Made by a program: the position numbers and the translations under genes
Source of the DNA: Eledone cirrhosa
Lineage: Eukaryota
NCBI GenBank assembly: GCA_964016885.1
Contig: OZ024743.1
Span: forward strand, 129,518,001-129,582,000
Reading direction: 5' to 3'
Length of the DNA stretch: 64,000 bases
Shown: positions 31,171 through 46,135 of the stretch, in pieces
Layout: every line of letters begins with the position of its first letter
Numbering within the stretch: position 1 is the first letter of the stretch
Notes under the pieces: model-generated
What the model saw: only the letters and a program-made list of their open reading frames with translations
Database searches by the model: none
What the model was told of the DNA's origin: nothing

Positions 31171-34100
31171 AAGCACCAAACACCAAACAACAAACACCAA
31201 ACAGCAAACACCAAACACCAAACAGCAAAAACCAAATACGAAACAGCAAACACCATACAGCAAACACCATACGCCAAAAAGCAGACACCAAACAGCAAAC
31301 ACCAAACACCAAACACCAAACACCAAACACCAAGCACCAAGCACCAACCACCAAACCCCAAGCACCAAGCAACAAACACTAATCACCAAGCACCAAGCAC
31401 CAAACACCAAGCACCAAGCACCAAACACCACGCACCAAGCACCAAGCACCAAACACCAAACACCAAGCACCAAAGACCAAGCACCAAGCACCAAGCACCA
31501 AACAACAAGCACCAAGCACCAAGCACCAAACACCAAGCACCAAGCACCAAACACCAAGCACCAAGCACCGAACACCAAGCACCAAGGACCCAACATCAAA
31601 CACCAAGCACCAAGCACCAAGCACCAAACACCAAACACCAAGCACCAATCACAAAGAACGAAACAACAAGCAGCAAGCAGCAAGCACCAAACACCAAACA
31701 CCAAGCACCAAACACCAAACACCAAGCACCAAGGACCCAACATCAAACACCAAGGACCAAGCACCAAGCACCAAACACCAAACACCAAGCACCAAGCACC
31801 AAGCACCAAGCACCGAACACCAAGCCCCAAACACCAAGCCCCAAACACCAAGCACAAAGCACCAAACACTAAGTCCCACGCACCAAGCACCAAACACCAA
31901 ACACCAAACACCAAGCACCAAACACCAAACAACAAGCACCAGGCACCAAGCACCAAACACCAAACACCAAGCACGAAGCACCAAACACCAAACACCAAGC
32001 ACGCAGCATCAAACACCAAGCACCAAGCACCAAGCACCAAACACCAAGCTCCAAGCACCAAGCACCAAGTACCAAACACCAAACACCAAGCACCAAACAC
32101 CAAACACCAAGCACCAAGCACAAAGCACGAAACACCAGGCACCAAGCTCCAAGCACAAAACACCAAACACCAAGCACAAAACACCAGCCACCATGCACCA
32201 AGCACCAAACACCAAACACCAAGCACTATGCACCAAACACCAAACAACAAGCACCAGGCACCAAGCACCAAACGCCAAACACCAAGCACGCAGCACCAAA
32301 CACCTAGCACCAAGCACCAACCACCAAACACCAAGCACCAAGCACCAAGCACCAAACACCAAACACCAAGCACCAAGAACCAAACACCAAACACCAAACA
32401 GCAAGCACCAAGCACCAAACACCAAGCACCAAACACCAAACAGCAAACACCAAACACCAAACAGCAAACAGCAAACGCCAAACACCAAGCACCAAGCACC
32501 AAGCACCAAACACCAAGCACCAAGCACCAAGCACAAATCACCAAACACCAAGCACCAAGGACCAAACATCAAACACCAAGCACCAAGCACCAAACACCAA
32601 ACACCAATCACCAAGCACCAAGCAAAAAGCACCGAACACCAAGCACCAAACACCAAGCACCAAACACCAAGCACCAGGCACCAGGCACCAAAAACCAAGC
32701 ACCAAGCACCAAACACCAAGCACCAAGCACCAAACACATAACACCAAGCACCAAGCACCAAGCACCAAGCACCAAACACCAAGCACCAAACACCAAACAC
32801 CAAGCACCAAGTACCAAACACCAAGCACCAAGCACCAAACACCAAGCACCAAGCACCAATCACTAAACACCAAGAACCAAGCACCAAACACCAAGCACCA
32901 AGCACCAAGTACATACACCAAGCACCAAACACCAAACACAAAACACCAAGCACCAAGGAACAAGCATCAAACACCAAGCATCAAACACCAAACACCAAAC
33001 ACCAAGCACCAAACACCAAACACCAAGCACCAAGCACCAAAACCCAAACACCAAGCACCAAGCACCAAACACCAAACACCAAACACCAGACACCAAGCAC
33101 CAAACACCAAGCACCAAGCATCAAACAGCAAACCCCAAGCACCAAGCAGCAAACACTAATCACCAAGCACCAAGCACCAAACAACAAGCACCAAGCACCA
33201 AGAACCAGGCACCAAGCACCAAGCACCAAACACAAAACACCAAGCACCAAGCACCAAGCAGCACACACCAAGCATCAAACACCAAACACCAAACACCAAG
33301 CACCAAACACCAAACACCAAGCACTAAGCACCAAGCACCAAGCACCAAACTCCAAGCACCCAGCACCAAACACCAAACACCAAGCACCAAGCACCAAACA
33401 CCAAACACCAAGCACCAAGCACCAAGCACCAAACACCAGACACCAAGCACCAAACACCAAGCACCAAGCACCAAGCACCAAACACCAAACAACAAGCACC
33501 AGGTACCAAGCACCAAACACCAAAAACCAAGCACCAAGCACCAAACACCAAGCACCAACACCAAACACCAAACACCAAACACCAAACAGCAAGCACCAAA
33601 CACCAAACACCAAACACCAAGCACCAAGCACCAAGCACAAAACACCAAGCCCCAAGCACCAAACACCAAACACCAAACACCAAGCACCAAGCACCAAACA
33701 CCAAGCACCAAGCACCAATCACAAAGAACGAAACAACAAGCAGCAAGCAGCAAGCACCAAACACCAAACACCAAGCACCAAACACCAAGCACGAAGCACT
33801 AAGGACCCAACATCAAACACCAAGCACCAAGCACCAAACACCAAACACCAAGCACCAAGCAGCAAGCACCAAGCACCGAACACCAAGCCCCAAACACCAA
33901 GCACCAAACACCAAGAACCAAACACCAAACACTAAGTCCCACGCACCAAGCACCAAACACCAAACAGCAAGCACCAAGTACCAAACACCAAGCACCAAGC
34001 ACGAAGCCCCTAGCAACAAACACCAAACACCAAGCACCAAGCACAAAACACCAAGCACCAATCACCAAGCACCAAACACCAAGCAGCAAGCAGCAAGCAC

Positions 34101-37100
34101 CAAACACCAAAACCAAGCACCAAGCACCAAACACCAAGCACCAAACATCAAACACCAAGCACCAAGCACCAAACACCTAGCACCAAGCACCAAGCACCAA
34201 GCACCAAACAATAAGCACCAAACACCAAGCACCAAGCACCAAACACCAAGCACCAGGCACCAAGCACCAAACACCAAGCACCAAGCACCAAACACCAAGC
34301 ACCAAGACCGAAGCACCAAACACCAAGCACCAAACTCCAAACACAAAACACCAAGCACCAAGCAGCGAGCACCAAACACCAAACACCAAGCACCAAGCAC
34401 CAAACACCAAACAACAAGCACCAAGGACCAAACATCAAACACCAAGCACCAAGCACCAAACACCAAACACCAAGCACCAAGCACCAAACATCAAACACCA
34501 AGCACCAAGCAGCAAACACCTAACACCAAGCACCAAGCACCAAGCACCAAGCACCAAACACCAAGCACCAAACACCAAACACCAAACCCCAAGCACAAAA
34601 CACCAAACCGCAAGCACCAAGCACCAAACACTAATCACCAAGCACCAAGCACCAAACAACAAGCACCAAGCACCAAGCACCAGGCACCAAGCACCCAGCA
34701 CCAAACACAAAACACCAAGCACCAAGCACCAAGCAGCAAACACCAAGCATCAAACACCAAACACCAAACACCAAGCACCAAACACCAAGCACGAAGCACC
34801 AAACACCAAACACCAAGCACCAAGCACCAAGCACCAAACACCAAACACCAAGCACCAAACACCAGATACCAAGCACCAAGCACCAAACACCAAACACCAA
34901 GCACCAAGCAGCAAACACCAAACAACAAGCACCAGGCACCAAGCACGAAACACCAAACACCAAGCACCAAGCACCAAACACCAGGCACGCAGCATCAAAC
35001 ACCAAGCACCAAGCACCAAGCACCAAGTACCAAACACCAACCACCAAGCACCAAACACCAAACACCAAGCACCAAGCACCAAGCACGAAACACAGGCACC
35101 AAGCACCAAGCACCAAACACCAAACACCAAGCACGCAGCACCAAACACCAAGCACCAAGCACCAAACACCAAGTACCAAGCACCAAGCACCAAACACCAA
35201 ACACCAAACACCAAGCACCAAGAACCAAACACCAAACAGCAAGCACCAAGCACCAAACACCAAGTACCAAACACCAAACCCCAAGCACCAATCACCAAAC
35301 ACTAATCACCAAGTACCAAGCACCAAAGACCAAGCACCAAGCACCAAGCACCAAGCACCAAGCACCAAACACCAAGCACCAAGCACCAAACACCAAACAC
35401 CAAACACCAAGCACCAAGCACCAAACAGCAAGCACCAAACACCAAGCACCAAACACCAAGCACCAAACACCAAGCCCCACGCACCAAGCACCAAACACCA
35501 AACACCGAGCACCAAGCACCAAACACCAAGCACCAAGCACCAAGACCCTAGCACCAAACACCAAACACCAAGCAAAAAGCACAAAACACCAAGCACCAAT
35601 CACCAAGCACCAAACACCAAGCAGCAAGCAGCAAGCACCAAACACCAAACACCAAGCACCAAGCACCAAATACCAAACACCAAGCACCAAGGACCAAACA
35701 TCAAACACCAAGCACCAAGCACCAAACGCCTAACACCAAGCACCAAGCACCAAGCACCAAGCACCAAACACCAAGCACCAATTACCTAACACCAAGCACC
35801 AAGCACCAAACACCAAGCACCAGGCACCAAGCACCAAACACCAAGCACCAAGCACCAAGCACCAAACACCAAACACCAAGCACCAAGCACCAAACACCAA
35901 ACACCAAACACCAATCACCAGGAACCAAACACCAAACACCAAGCACCAAGCACCAAGCACCAAACACCAAACACCAAGCACCAAACACCAGATACCAAGC
36001 ACCAAGCACCAAACACCAAGCACCAAGCACCAAGCACCAAACACCAAACAACAAGCACCAGGCACCAAGCACCAAACACCAAAAACCAAGCACCAAGCAC
36101 CAAACACCAAACACCAAGCATGCAGCATCAAACACCAAGCACCAAGCACCAAGCACCAATCACCAAGCACCAAGCACCAAGCACCAAACACCAAACACCA
36201 AACACCAAGCACCAAACACCAAACACCTAGCACCAAGCAACAAACACTAATCACCAAGCACCAAGCACCAAACAACAAGCACCAAGCACCAAGAACCAGG
36301 CACCAAGCACCAAGCACCAAACACAAAACACCAAGCACCAAGCACCAAGCAGCACACACCAAGCATCAAACACCAAACACCAAACACCAAACACCAAGCA
36401 CTAAGCACCAAGCACCAAGCACCAAACGCCAAGCACCCAGCACCAAACACCAAACACCAAGTACCAAGCACCAAACACCATACACCAAGCACCAAGCACC
36501 AAACACCAAACACCAAGCACCAAACACCAGACACCAAGCACCAAACACCAAGCACCAAGCACCAAGCACCAAACACCAAACAACAAGCACCAGGTACCAA
36601 GCACCAAACACCAAAAACCAAGCACCAAGCACCAAACAACAAGCCCCAATCACCAAACGCCAAACACCAAGAACCAAGCACCAAGCACCAAACACCAAAC
36701 AACAAACACCAAACAGCAAACACCAAACACCAAACAGCAAAAACCAAATACGAAACAGCAAACACCATACAGCAAACACCATACGCCAAAAAGCAGACAC
36801 CAAACAGCAAACACCAAACACCAAACACCAAACACCAAACACCAAGCACCAAGCACCAACCACCAAACCCCAAGCACCAAGCAACAAACACTAATCACCA
36901 AGCACCAAGCACCAAACACCAAGCACCAAGCACCAAACACCACGCACCAAGCACCAAGCACCAAACACCAAACACCAAGCACCAAAGACCAAGCACCAAG
37001 CACCAAGCACCAAACAACAAGCACCAAGCACCAAGCACCAAACACCAAGCACCAAGCACCAAACACCAAGCACCAAGCACCGAACACCAAGCACCAAGGA

Positions 37101-38035
37101 CCCAACATCAAACACCAAGCACCAAGCACCAAGCACCAAACACCAAACACCAAGCACCAATCACAAAGAACGAAACAACAAGCAGCAAGCAGCAAGCACC
37201 AAACACCAAACACCAAGCACCAAACACCAAACACCAAGCACCAAGGACCCAACATCAAACACCAAGGACCAAGCACCAAGCAACAAACACCAAACACCAA
37301 GCACCAAGCACCAAGCACCAAGCACCGAACACCAAGCCCCAAACACCAAGCCCCAAACACCAAGCACAAAGCACCAAACACTAAGTCCCACGCACCAAGC
37401 ACCAAACACCAAACACCAAACACCAAGCACCAAACACCAAACAACAAGCACCAGGCACCAAGCACCAAACACCAAACACCAAGCACGAAGCACCAAACAC
37501 CAAACACCAAGCACGCAGCATCAAACACCAAGCACCAAGCACCAAGCACCAAACACCAAGCTCCAAGCACCAAGCACCAAGTACCAAACACCAAACACCA
37601 AGCACCAAACACCAAACACCAAGCACCAAGCACAAAGCACGAAACACCAGGCACCAAGCTCCAAGCACAAAACACCAAACACCAAGCACAAAACACCAGC
37701 CACCATGCACCAAGCACCAAACACCAAACACCAAGCACTATGCACCAAACACCAAACAACAAGCACCAGGCACCAAGCACCAAACGCCAAACACCAAGCA
37801 CGCAGCACCAAACACCTAGCACCAAGCACCAACCACCAAACACCAAGCACCAAGCACCAAGCACCAAACACCAAACACCAAGCACCAAGAACCAAACACC
37901 AAACACCAAACAGCAAGCACCAAGCACCAAACACCAAGCACCAAACACCAAACAGCAAACACCAAACACCAAACAGCAAACAGCAAACGCCAAACACCAA
38001 GCACCAAGCACCAAGCACCAAACACCAAGCACCAA
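30730..38035 (+). repeat. Dispersed duplication ~30730-32520 / ~36245-38035 (offset 5512)
   Basis: ORF pairs 30854/36366, 31379/36891, 31649/37161 and 32193/37705. Confidence 0.85.
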
Positions 38036-41000
38036 GCACCAAGCAGCAAACACCAAGCATCAAACACCAAACACCAAGCACCAAACACCAAACACCAAGC
38101 ACGAAGCACCAAACACCAAACACCAAGCACCAAGCACCAAGCACCAAACACCAAACACCAAGCACCAAACACCAGATACCAAGCACCAAGCACCAAACAC
38201 CAAACACCAAGCACCAAGCAGCAAACACCAAACAACAAGCACCAGGCACCAAGCACGAAACACCAAACACCAAGCACCAAGCACCAAACACCAGGCACGC
38301 AGCATCAAACAGCAAGCACCAAGCACCAAGCACCAAGTACCAAACACCAACCACCAAGCACCAAACACCAAACACCAAGCACCAAGCACCAAGCACGAAA
38401 CACAGGCACCAAGCACGAAGCACCAAACACCAAACACCAAGCACGCAGCACCAAACACCAAGCACCAAGCACCAAACACCAAGTACCAAGCACCAAGCAC
38501 CAAACACCAAACACCAAACACCAAGCACCAAGAACCAAACACCAAACAGCAAGCACCAAGCACCAAACACCAAGTACCAAACACCAAACCCCAAGCACCA
38601 ATCACCAAACACTAATCACCAAGTACCAAGCACCAAAGACCAAGCACCAAGCACCAAGCACCAAGCACCAAGCACCAAACACCAAGCACCAAGCACCAAA
38701 CACCAAACACCAAACACCAAGCACCAAGCACCAAACAGCAAGCACCAAACACCAAGCACCAAACACCAAGCACCAAACACCAAACACCAAGCACCAAGCA
38801 CCAAACACCAAGCACCAAGCACCAATCTCAAAGAACGAAACAACAAGCAGCAAGCAGCAAGCACCAAACACCAAACACCAAGCACGAAGCACTAAGGACC
38901 CAACATCAAACACCAAGCACCAAGCACCAAACACCAAACACCAAGCACCAAGCAGCAAGCACCAAGCACCGAACACCAAGCCCCAAACACCAAGCACCAA
39001 ACACCAAGAACCAAACACCAAACACTAAGTCCCACGCACCAAGCACCAAACACCAAACAGCAAGCACCAAGTACCAAACACCAAGCACCAAGCACGAAGC
39101 CCCTAGCAACAAAGACCAAACACCAAGCACCAAGCACAAAACACCAAGCACCAATCACCAAGCACCAAACACCAAGCAGCAAGCAGCAAGCACCAAACAC
39201 CAAAACCAAGCACCAAGCACCAAACACCAAGCACCAAACATCAAACACCAAGCACCAAACACCTAGCACCAAGCACCAAGCACCAAGCACCAAACAATAA
39301 GCACCAAACACCAAGCACCAAGCACCAAACACCAAGCACCAGGCACCAAGCACCAAACACCAAGCACCAAGCACCAAACACCAAGCACCAAGACCGAAGC
39401 ACCAAACACCAAGCACCAAACTCCAAACACAAAACACCAAGCACCAAGCAGCGAGCACCAAACACCAAACACCAAGCACCAAGCACCAAACACCAAACAA
39501 CAAGCACCAAGGACCAAACATCAAACACCAAGCACCAAGCACCAAACACCAAACACCAAGCACCAAGCACCAAACATCAAACACCAAGCACCAAGCAGCA
39601 AACACCTAACACCAAGCACCAAGCACCAAGCACCAAGCACCAAACACCAAGCACCAAGCACCAAACACCAAACCCCAAGCACAAAACACCAAACCGCAAG
39701 CACCAAGCACCAAACACTAATCACCAAGCACCAAGCACCAAACAACAAGCACCAAGCACCAAGCACCAGGCACCAAGCACCCAGCACCAAACACAAAACA
39801 CCAAGCACCAAGCACCAAGCAGCAAACACCAAGCATCAAACACCAAACACCAAACACCAAGCACCAAACACCAAGCACGAAGCACCAAACACCAAACAAC
39901 AAACACCAAACAGCAAACACCAAACACCAAACAGCAAAAACCAAATACGAAACAGCAAACACCATACAGCAAACACCATACGCCAAAAAGCAGACACCAA
40001 ACAGCAAACACCAAACACCAAACACCAAACACCAAACACCAAGCACCAAGCACCAACCACCAAACCCCAAGCACCAAGCAACAAACACTAATCACCAAGC
40101 ACCAAGCACCAAACACCAAGCACCAAGCACCAAACACCACGCACCAAGCACCAAGCACCAAACACCAAACACCAAGCACCAAAGACCAAGCACCAAGCAC
40201 CAAGCACCAAACAACAAGCACCAAGCACCAAGCACCAAACACCAAGCACCAAGCACCAAACACCAAGCACCAAGCACCGAACACCAAGCACCAAGGACCC
40301 AACATCAAACACCAAGCACCAAGCACCAAGCACCAAACACCAAACACCAAGCACCAATCACAAAGAACGAAACAACAAGCAGCAAGCAGCAAGCACCAAA
40401 CACCAAACACCAAGCACCAAACACCAAACACCAAGCACCAAGGACCCAACATCAAACACCAAGGACCAAGCACCAAGCACCAAACACCAAACACCAAGCA
40501 CCAAGCACCAAGCACCAAGCACCGAATACCAAGCCCCAAACACCAAGCCCCAAACACCAAGCACAAAGCACCAAACACTAAGTCCCACGCACCAAGCACC
40601 AAACACCAAACACCAAACACCAAGCACCAAACACCAAACAACAAGCACCAGGCACCAAGCACCAAACACCAAACACCAAGCACGAAGCATCAAACACCAA
40701 ACACCAAGCACGCAGCATCAAACACCAAGCACCAAGCACCAAGCACCAAACACCAAGCTCCAAGCACCAAGCACCAAGTACCAAACACCAAACACCAAGC
40801 ACCAAACACCAAACACCAAGCACCAAGCACAAAGCACGAAACACAAGGCACCAAGCTCCAAGCACAAAACACCAAACACCAAGCACAAAACACCAGCCAC
40901 CATGCACCAAGCACCAAACACCAAACACCAAGCACTATGCACCAAACACCAAACAACAAGCACCAGGCACCAAGCACCAAACGCCAAACACCAAGCACGC

Positions 41001-44000
41001 AGCACCAAACACCTAGCACCAAGCACCAACCACCAAACACCAAGCACCAAGCACCAAGCACCAAACACCAAACACCAAGCACCAAGAACCAAACACCAAA
41101 CACCAAACAGCAAGCACCAAGCACCAAACACCAAGCACCAAACACCAAACAGCAAACACCAAACACCAAACAGCAAACAGCAAACGCCAAACACCAAGCA
41201 CCAAGCACCAAGCACCAAACACCAAGCACCAAGCACCAAGCAGCAAACACCAAGCATCAAACACCAAACACCAAACACCAAGCACCAAACACCAAGCACG
41301 AAGCACCAAACACCAAACACCAAGCACCAAGCACCAAGCACCAAACACCAAACACCAAGCACCAAACACCAGATACCAAGCACCAAGCACCAAACACCAA
41401 ACACCAAGCACCAAGCAGCAAACACCAAACAACAAGCACCAGGCACCAAGCACGAAACACCAAACACCAAGCACCAAGCACCAAACACCAGGCACGCAGC
41501 ATCAAACACCAAGCACCAAGCACCAAGCACCAAGTACCAAACACCAACCACCAAGCACCAAACACCAAACACCAAGCACCAAGCACCAAGCACGAAACAC
41601 AGGCACCAAGCACCAAGCACCAAACACCAAACACCAAGCACGCAGCACCAAACACCAAGCACCAAGCACCAAACACCAAGTACCAAGCACCAAGCACCAA
41701 ACACCAAACACCAAACACCAAGCACCAAGAACCAAACACCAAACAGCAAGCACCAAGCACCAAACACCAAGTACCAAACACCAAACCCCAAGCACCAATC
41801 ACCAAACACTAATCACCAAGTACCAAGCACCAAAGACCAAGCACCAAGCACCAAGCACCAAGCACCAAGCACCAAACACCAAGCACCAAGCACCAAACAC
41901 CAAACACCAAACACCAAGCACCAAGCACCAAACAGCAAGCACCAAACACCAAGCACCAAACACCAAGCACCAAACACCAAACACCAAGCACCAAGCACCA
42001 AACACCAAGCACCAAGCACCAATCACAAAGAACGAAACAACAAGCAGCAAGCAGCAAGCACCAAACACCAAACACCAAGCACCAAACACCAAGCACGAAG
42101 CACTAAGGACCCAACATCAAACACCAAGCACCAAGCACCAAACACCAAACACCAAGCACCAAGCAGCAAGCACCAAGCACCGAACACCAAGCCCCAAACA
42201 CCAAGCACCAAACACCAAGAACCAAACACCAAACACTAAGTCCCACGCACCAAGCACCAAGCACCAAACAGCAAGCACCAAGTACCAAACACCAAGCACC
42301 AAGCACGAAGCCCCTAGCAACAAACACCAAACACCAAGCCCCTAGCAACAAACACCAAGCACCAATCACCAAGCACCAAACACCAAGCAGCAAGCAGCAA
42401 GCACCAAACACCAAAACCAAGCACCAAGCACCAAACACCAAGCACCAAACATCAAACACCAAGCACCAAGCACCAAACACCTAGCACCAAGCACCAAGCA
42501 CCAAGCACCAAACAATAAGCACCAAACACCAAGCACCAAGCACCAAACACCAAGCACCAGGCACCAAGCACCAAACACCAAGCACCAAGCACCAAACACC
42601 AAGCACCAAGACCGAAGCACCAAACACCAAGCACCAAACTCCAAACACAAAACACCAAGCACCAAGCAGCGAGCACCAAACACCAAACACCAAGCACCAA
42701 GCACCAAACACCAAACAACAAGCACCAAGGACCAAACATCAAACACCAAGCACCAAGCACCAAACACCAAACACCAAGCAGCAAGCACCAAACATCAAAC
42801 ACCAAGCACCAAGCAGCAAACACCTAACACCAAGCACCAAGCACCAAGCACCAAGCACCAAACACCAAGCACCAAGCACCAAACACCAAACCCCAAGCAC
42901 AAAACACCAAACCGCAAGCACCAAGCACCAAACACTAATCACCAAGCACCAAGCACCAAACAACAAGCACCAAGCACCAAGCACCAGGCACCAAGCACCC
43001 AGCACCAAACACAAAACACCAAGCACCAAGCACCAAGCAGCAAACACCAAGAATCAAACACCAAACACCAAACACCAAGCACCAAACACCAAGCACGAAG
43101 CACCAAACACCAAACACCAAGCACCAAGCACCAAGCACCAAACACCAAACACCAAGCACCAAACACCAGATACCAAGCACCAAGCACCAAACACCAAACA
43201 CCAAGCACCAAGCAGCAAACACCAAACAACAAGCACCAGGCACCAAGCACGAAACACCAAACACCAAGCACCAAGCACCAAACACCAGGCACGCAGCATC
43301 AAACACCAAGCACCAAGCACCAAGCACCAAGTACCAAACACCAACCACCAAGCACCAAACACCAAACACCAAGCACCAAGCACCAAGCACGAAACACAGG
43401 CACCAAGCACCAAGCACCAAACACCAAACACCAAGCACGCAGCACCAAACACCAAGCACCAAGCACCAAACACCAAGTACCAAGCACCAAGCACCAAACA
43501 CCAAACACCAAACACCAAGCACCAAGAACCAAACACCAAACAGCAAGCACCAAGCACCAAACACCAAGTACCAAACACCAAACCCCAAGCACCAATCACC
43601 AAACACTAATCACCAAGTACCAAGCACCAAAGACCAAGCACCAAGCACCAAGCACCAAGCACCAAGCACCAAACACCAAGCACCAAGCACCAAACACCAA
43701 ACACCAAACACCAAGCACCAAGCACCAAACAGCAAGCACCAAACACCAAGCACCAAACACCAAACACCAAACACCAAGCCCCACGCACCAAGCACCAAAC
43801 ACCAAACACCGAGCACCAAGCACCAAACACCAAGCACCAAGCACCAAGACCCTAGCACCAAACACCAAACACCAAGCAAAAAGCACAAAACACCAAGCAC
43901 CAATCACCAAGCACGAAACACCAAGCAGCAAGCAGCAAGCACCAAACACCAAACACCAAGCACCAAGCACCAAATACCAAACACCAAGCACCAAGGACCA

Positions 44001-46135
44001 AACATCAAACACCAAGCACCAAGCACCAAACGCCTAACACCAAGCACCAAGCACCAAGCACCAAGCACCAAACACCAAGCACCAATCACCTAACACCAAG
44101 CACCAAGCACCAAACACCAAGCACCAGGCACCAAGCACCAAACACCAAGCACCAAGCACCAAGCACCAAACACCAAACACCAAGCACCAAGCACCAAACA
44201 CCAAACACCAAACACCAATCACCAGGAACCAAACACCAAACACCAAGCACCAAGCACCAAGCACCAAACACCAAACACCAAGCACCAAACACCAGATACC
44301 AAGCACCAAGCACCAAACACCAAGCACCAAGCACCAAGCACCAAACACCAAACAACAAGCACCAGGCACCAAGCACCAAAAACCAAAAACCAAGCACCAA
44401 GCACCAAACACCAAACACCAAGCATGCAGCATCAAACACCAAGCACCAAGCACCAAGCACCAATCACCAAGCACCAAGCACCAAGCACCAAACACCAAAC
44501 ACCAAACACCAAGCACCAAACACCAAACACCTAGCACCAAGCACCAAACACTAATCACCAAGCACCAAGCACCAAACAACAAGCACCAAGCACCAAGAAC
44601 CAGGCACCAAGCACCAAGCACCAAACACAAAACACCAAGCACCAAGCACCAAGCAGCACACACCAAGCATCAAACACCAAACACCAAACACCAAACACCA
44701 AGCACTAAGCACCAAGCACCAAGCACCAAACGCCAAGCACCCAGCACCAAACACCAAACACCAAGTACCAAGCACCAAACACCATACACCAAGCACCAAG
44801 CACCAAACACCAAACACCAAGCACCAAACACCAGACACCAAGCACCAAACACCAAGCACCAAGCACCAAGCACCAAACACCAAACAACAAGCACCAGGTA
44901 CCAAGCACCAAACACCAAAAACCAAGCACCAAGCACCAAACAACAAGCCCCAATCACCAAACGCCAAACACCAAGAACCAAGCACCAAGCACCAAACACC
45001 AAACAACAAACACCAAACAGCAAACACCAAACACCAAACAGCAAAAACCAAATACGAAACAGCAAACACCATACAGCAAACACCATACGCCAAAAAGCAG
45101 ACACCAAACAGCAAACACCAAACACCAAACACCAAACACCAAACACCAAGCACCAAGCACCAACCACCAAACCCCAAGCACCAAGCAACAAACACTAATC
45201 ACCAAGCACCAAGCACCAAACACCAAGCACCAAGCACCAAACACCACGCACCAAGCACCAAGCACCAAACACCAAACACCAAGCACCAAACACCAAGCAC
45301 CAAGCACCAAGCACCAAACAACAAGCACCAAGCACCAAGCACCAAACACCAAGCACCAAGCACCAAACACCAAGCACCAAGCACCGAACACCAAGCACCA
45401 AGGACCCAACATCAAACACCAAGCACCAAGCACCAAGCACCAAACACCAAACACCAAGCACCAATCACAAAGAACGAAACAACAAGCAGCAAGCAGCAAG
45501 CACCAAACACCAAACACCAAGCACCAAACACCAAACACCAAGCACCAAGGACCCAACATCAAACACCAAGGACCAAGCACCAAGCACCAAACACTAAACA
45601 CCAAGCACCAAGCACCAAGCACCAAGCACCGAACACCAAGCCCCAAACACCAAGCCCCAAACACCAAGCACAAAGCACCAAACACTAAGTCCCACGCACC
45701 AAGCACCAAACACCAAACACCAAACACCAAGCACCAAACACCAAACAACAAGCACCAGGCACCAAGCACCAAACACCAAACACCAAGCACGAAGCACCAA
45801 ACACCAAACACCAAGCACGCAGCATCAAACACCAAGCACCAAGCACCAAGCACCAAACACCAAGCTCCAAGCACCAAGCACCAAGTACCAAACACCAAAC
45901 ACCAAGCACCAATCACCAAACACCAAGCACCAAGAACAAAGCACGAAACACCAGGCACCAAGCTCCAAGCACAAAACACCAAACACCAAGCACAAAACAC
46001 CAGCCACCATGCACCAAGCACCAAACACCAAACACCAAGCACTATGCACCAAACACCAAACAACAAGCACCAGGCACCAAGCACCAAACGCCAAACACCA
46101 AGCACGCAGCACCAAACACCTAGCACCAAGCACCA
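33680..46135 (+). repeat. Dispersed duplication of ~4.1 kb, ~33680-37830 / ~41985-46135 (offset 8304)
   Basis: ORF pairs 33719/42023, 34062/42366, 34631/42935, 35292/43596, 35730/44034, 36247/44551 and 36891/45195, all at offset 8304. Confidence 0.9.
36680..42080 (+). repeat. Duplicated block ~36680-38880 / ~39880-42080 (offset 3197)
   Basis: ORF pairs 36891/40088, 37161/40358, 37521/40718 and 38060/41257. Confidence 0.85.
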
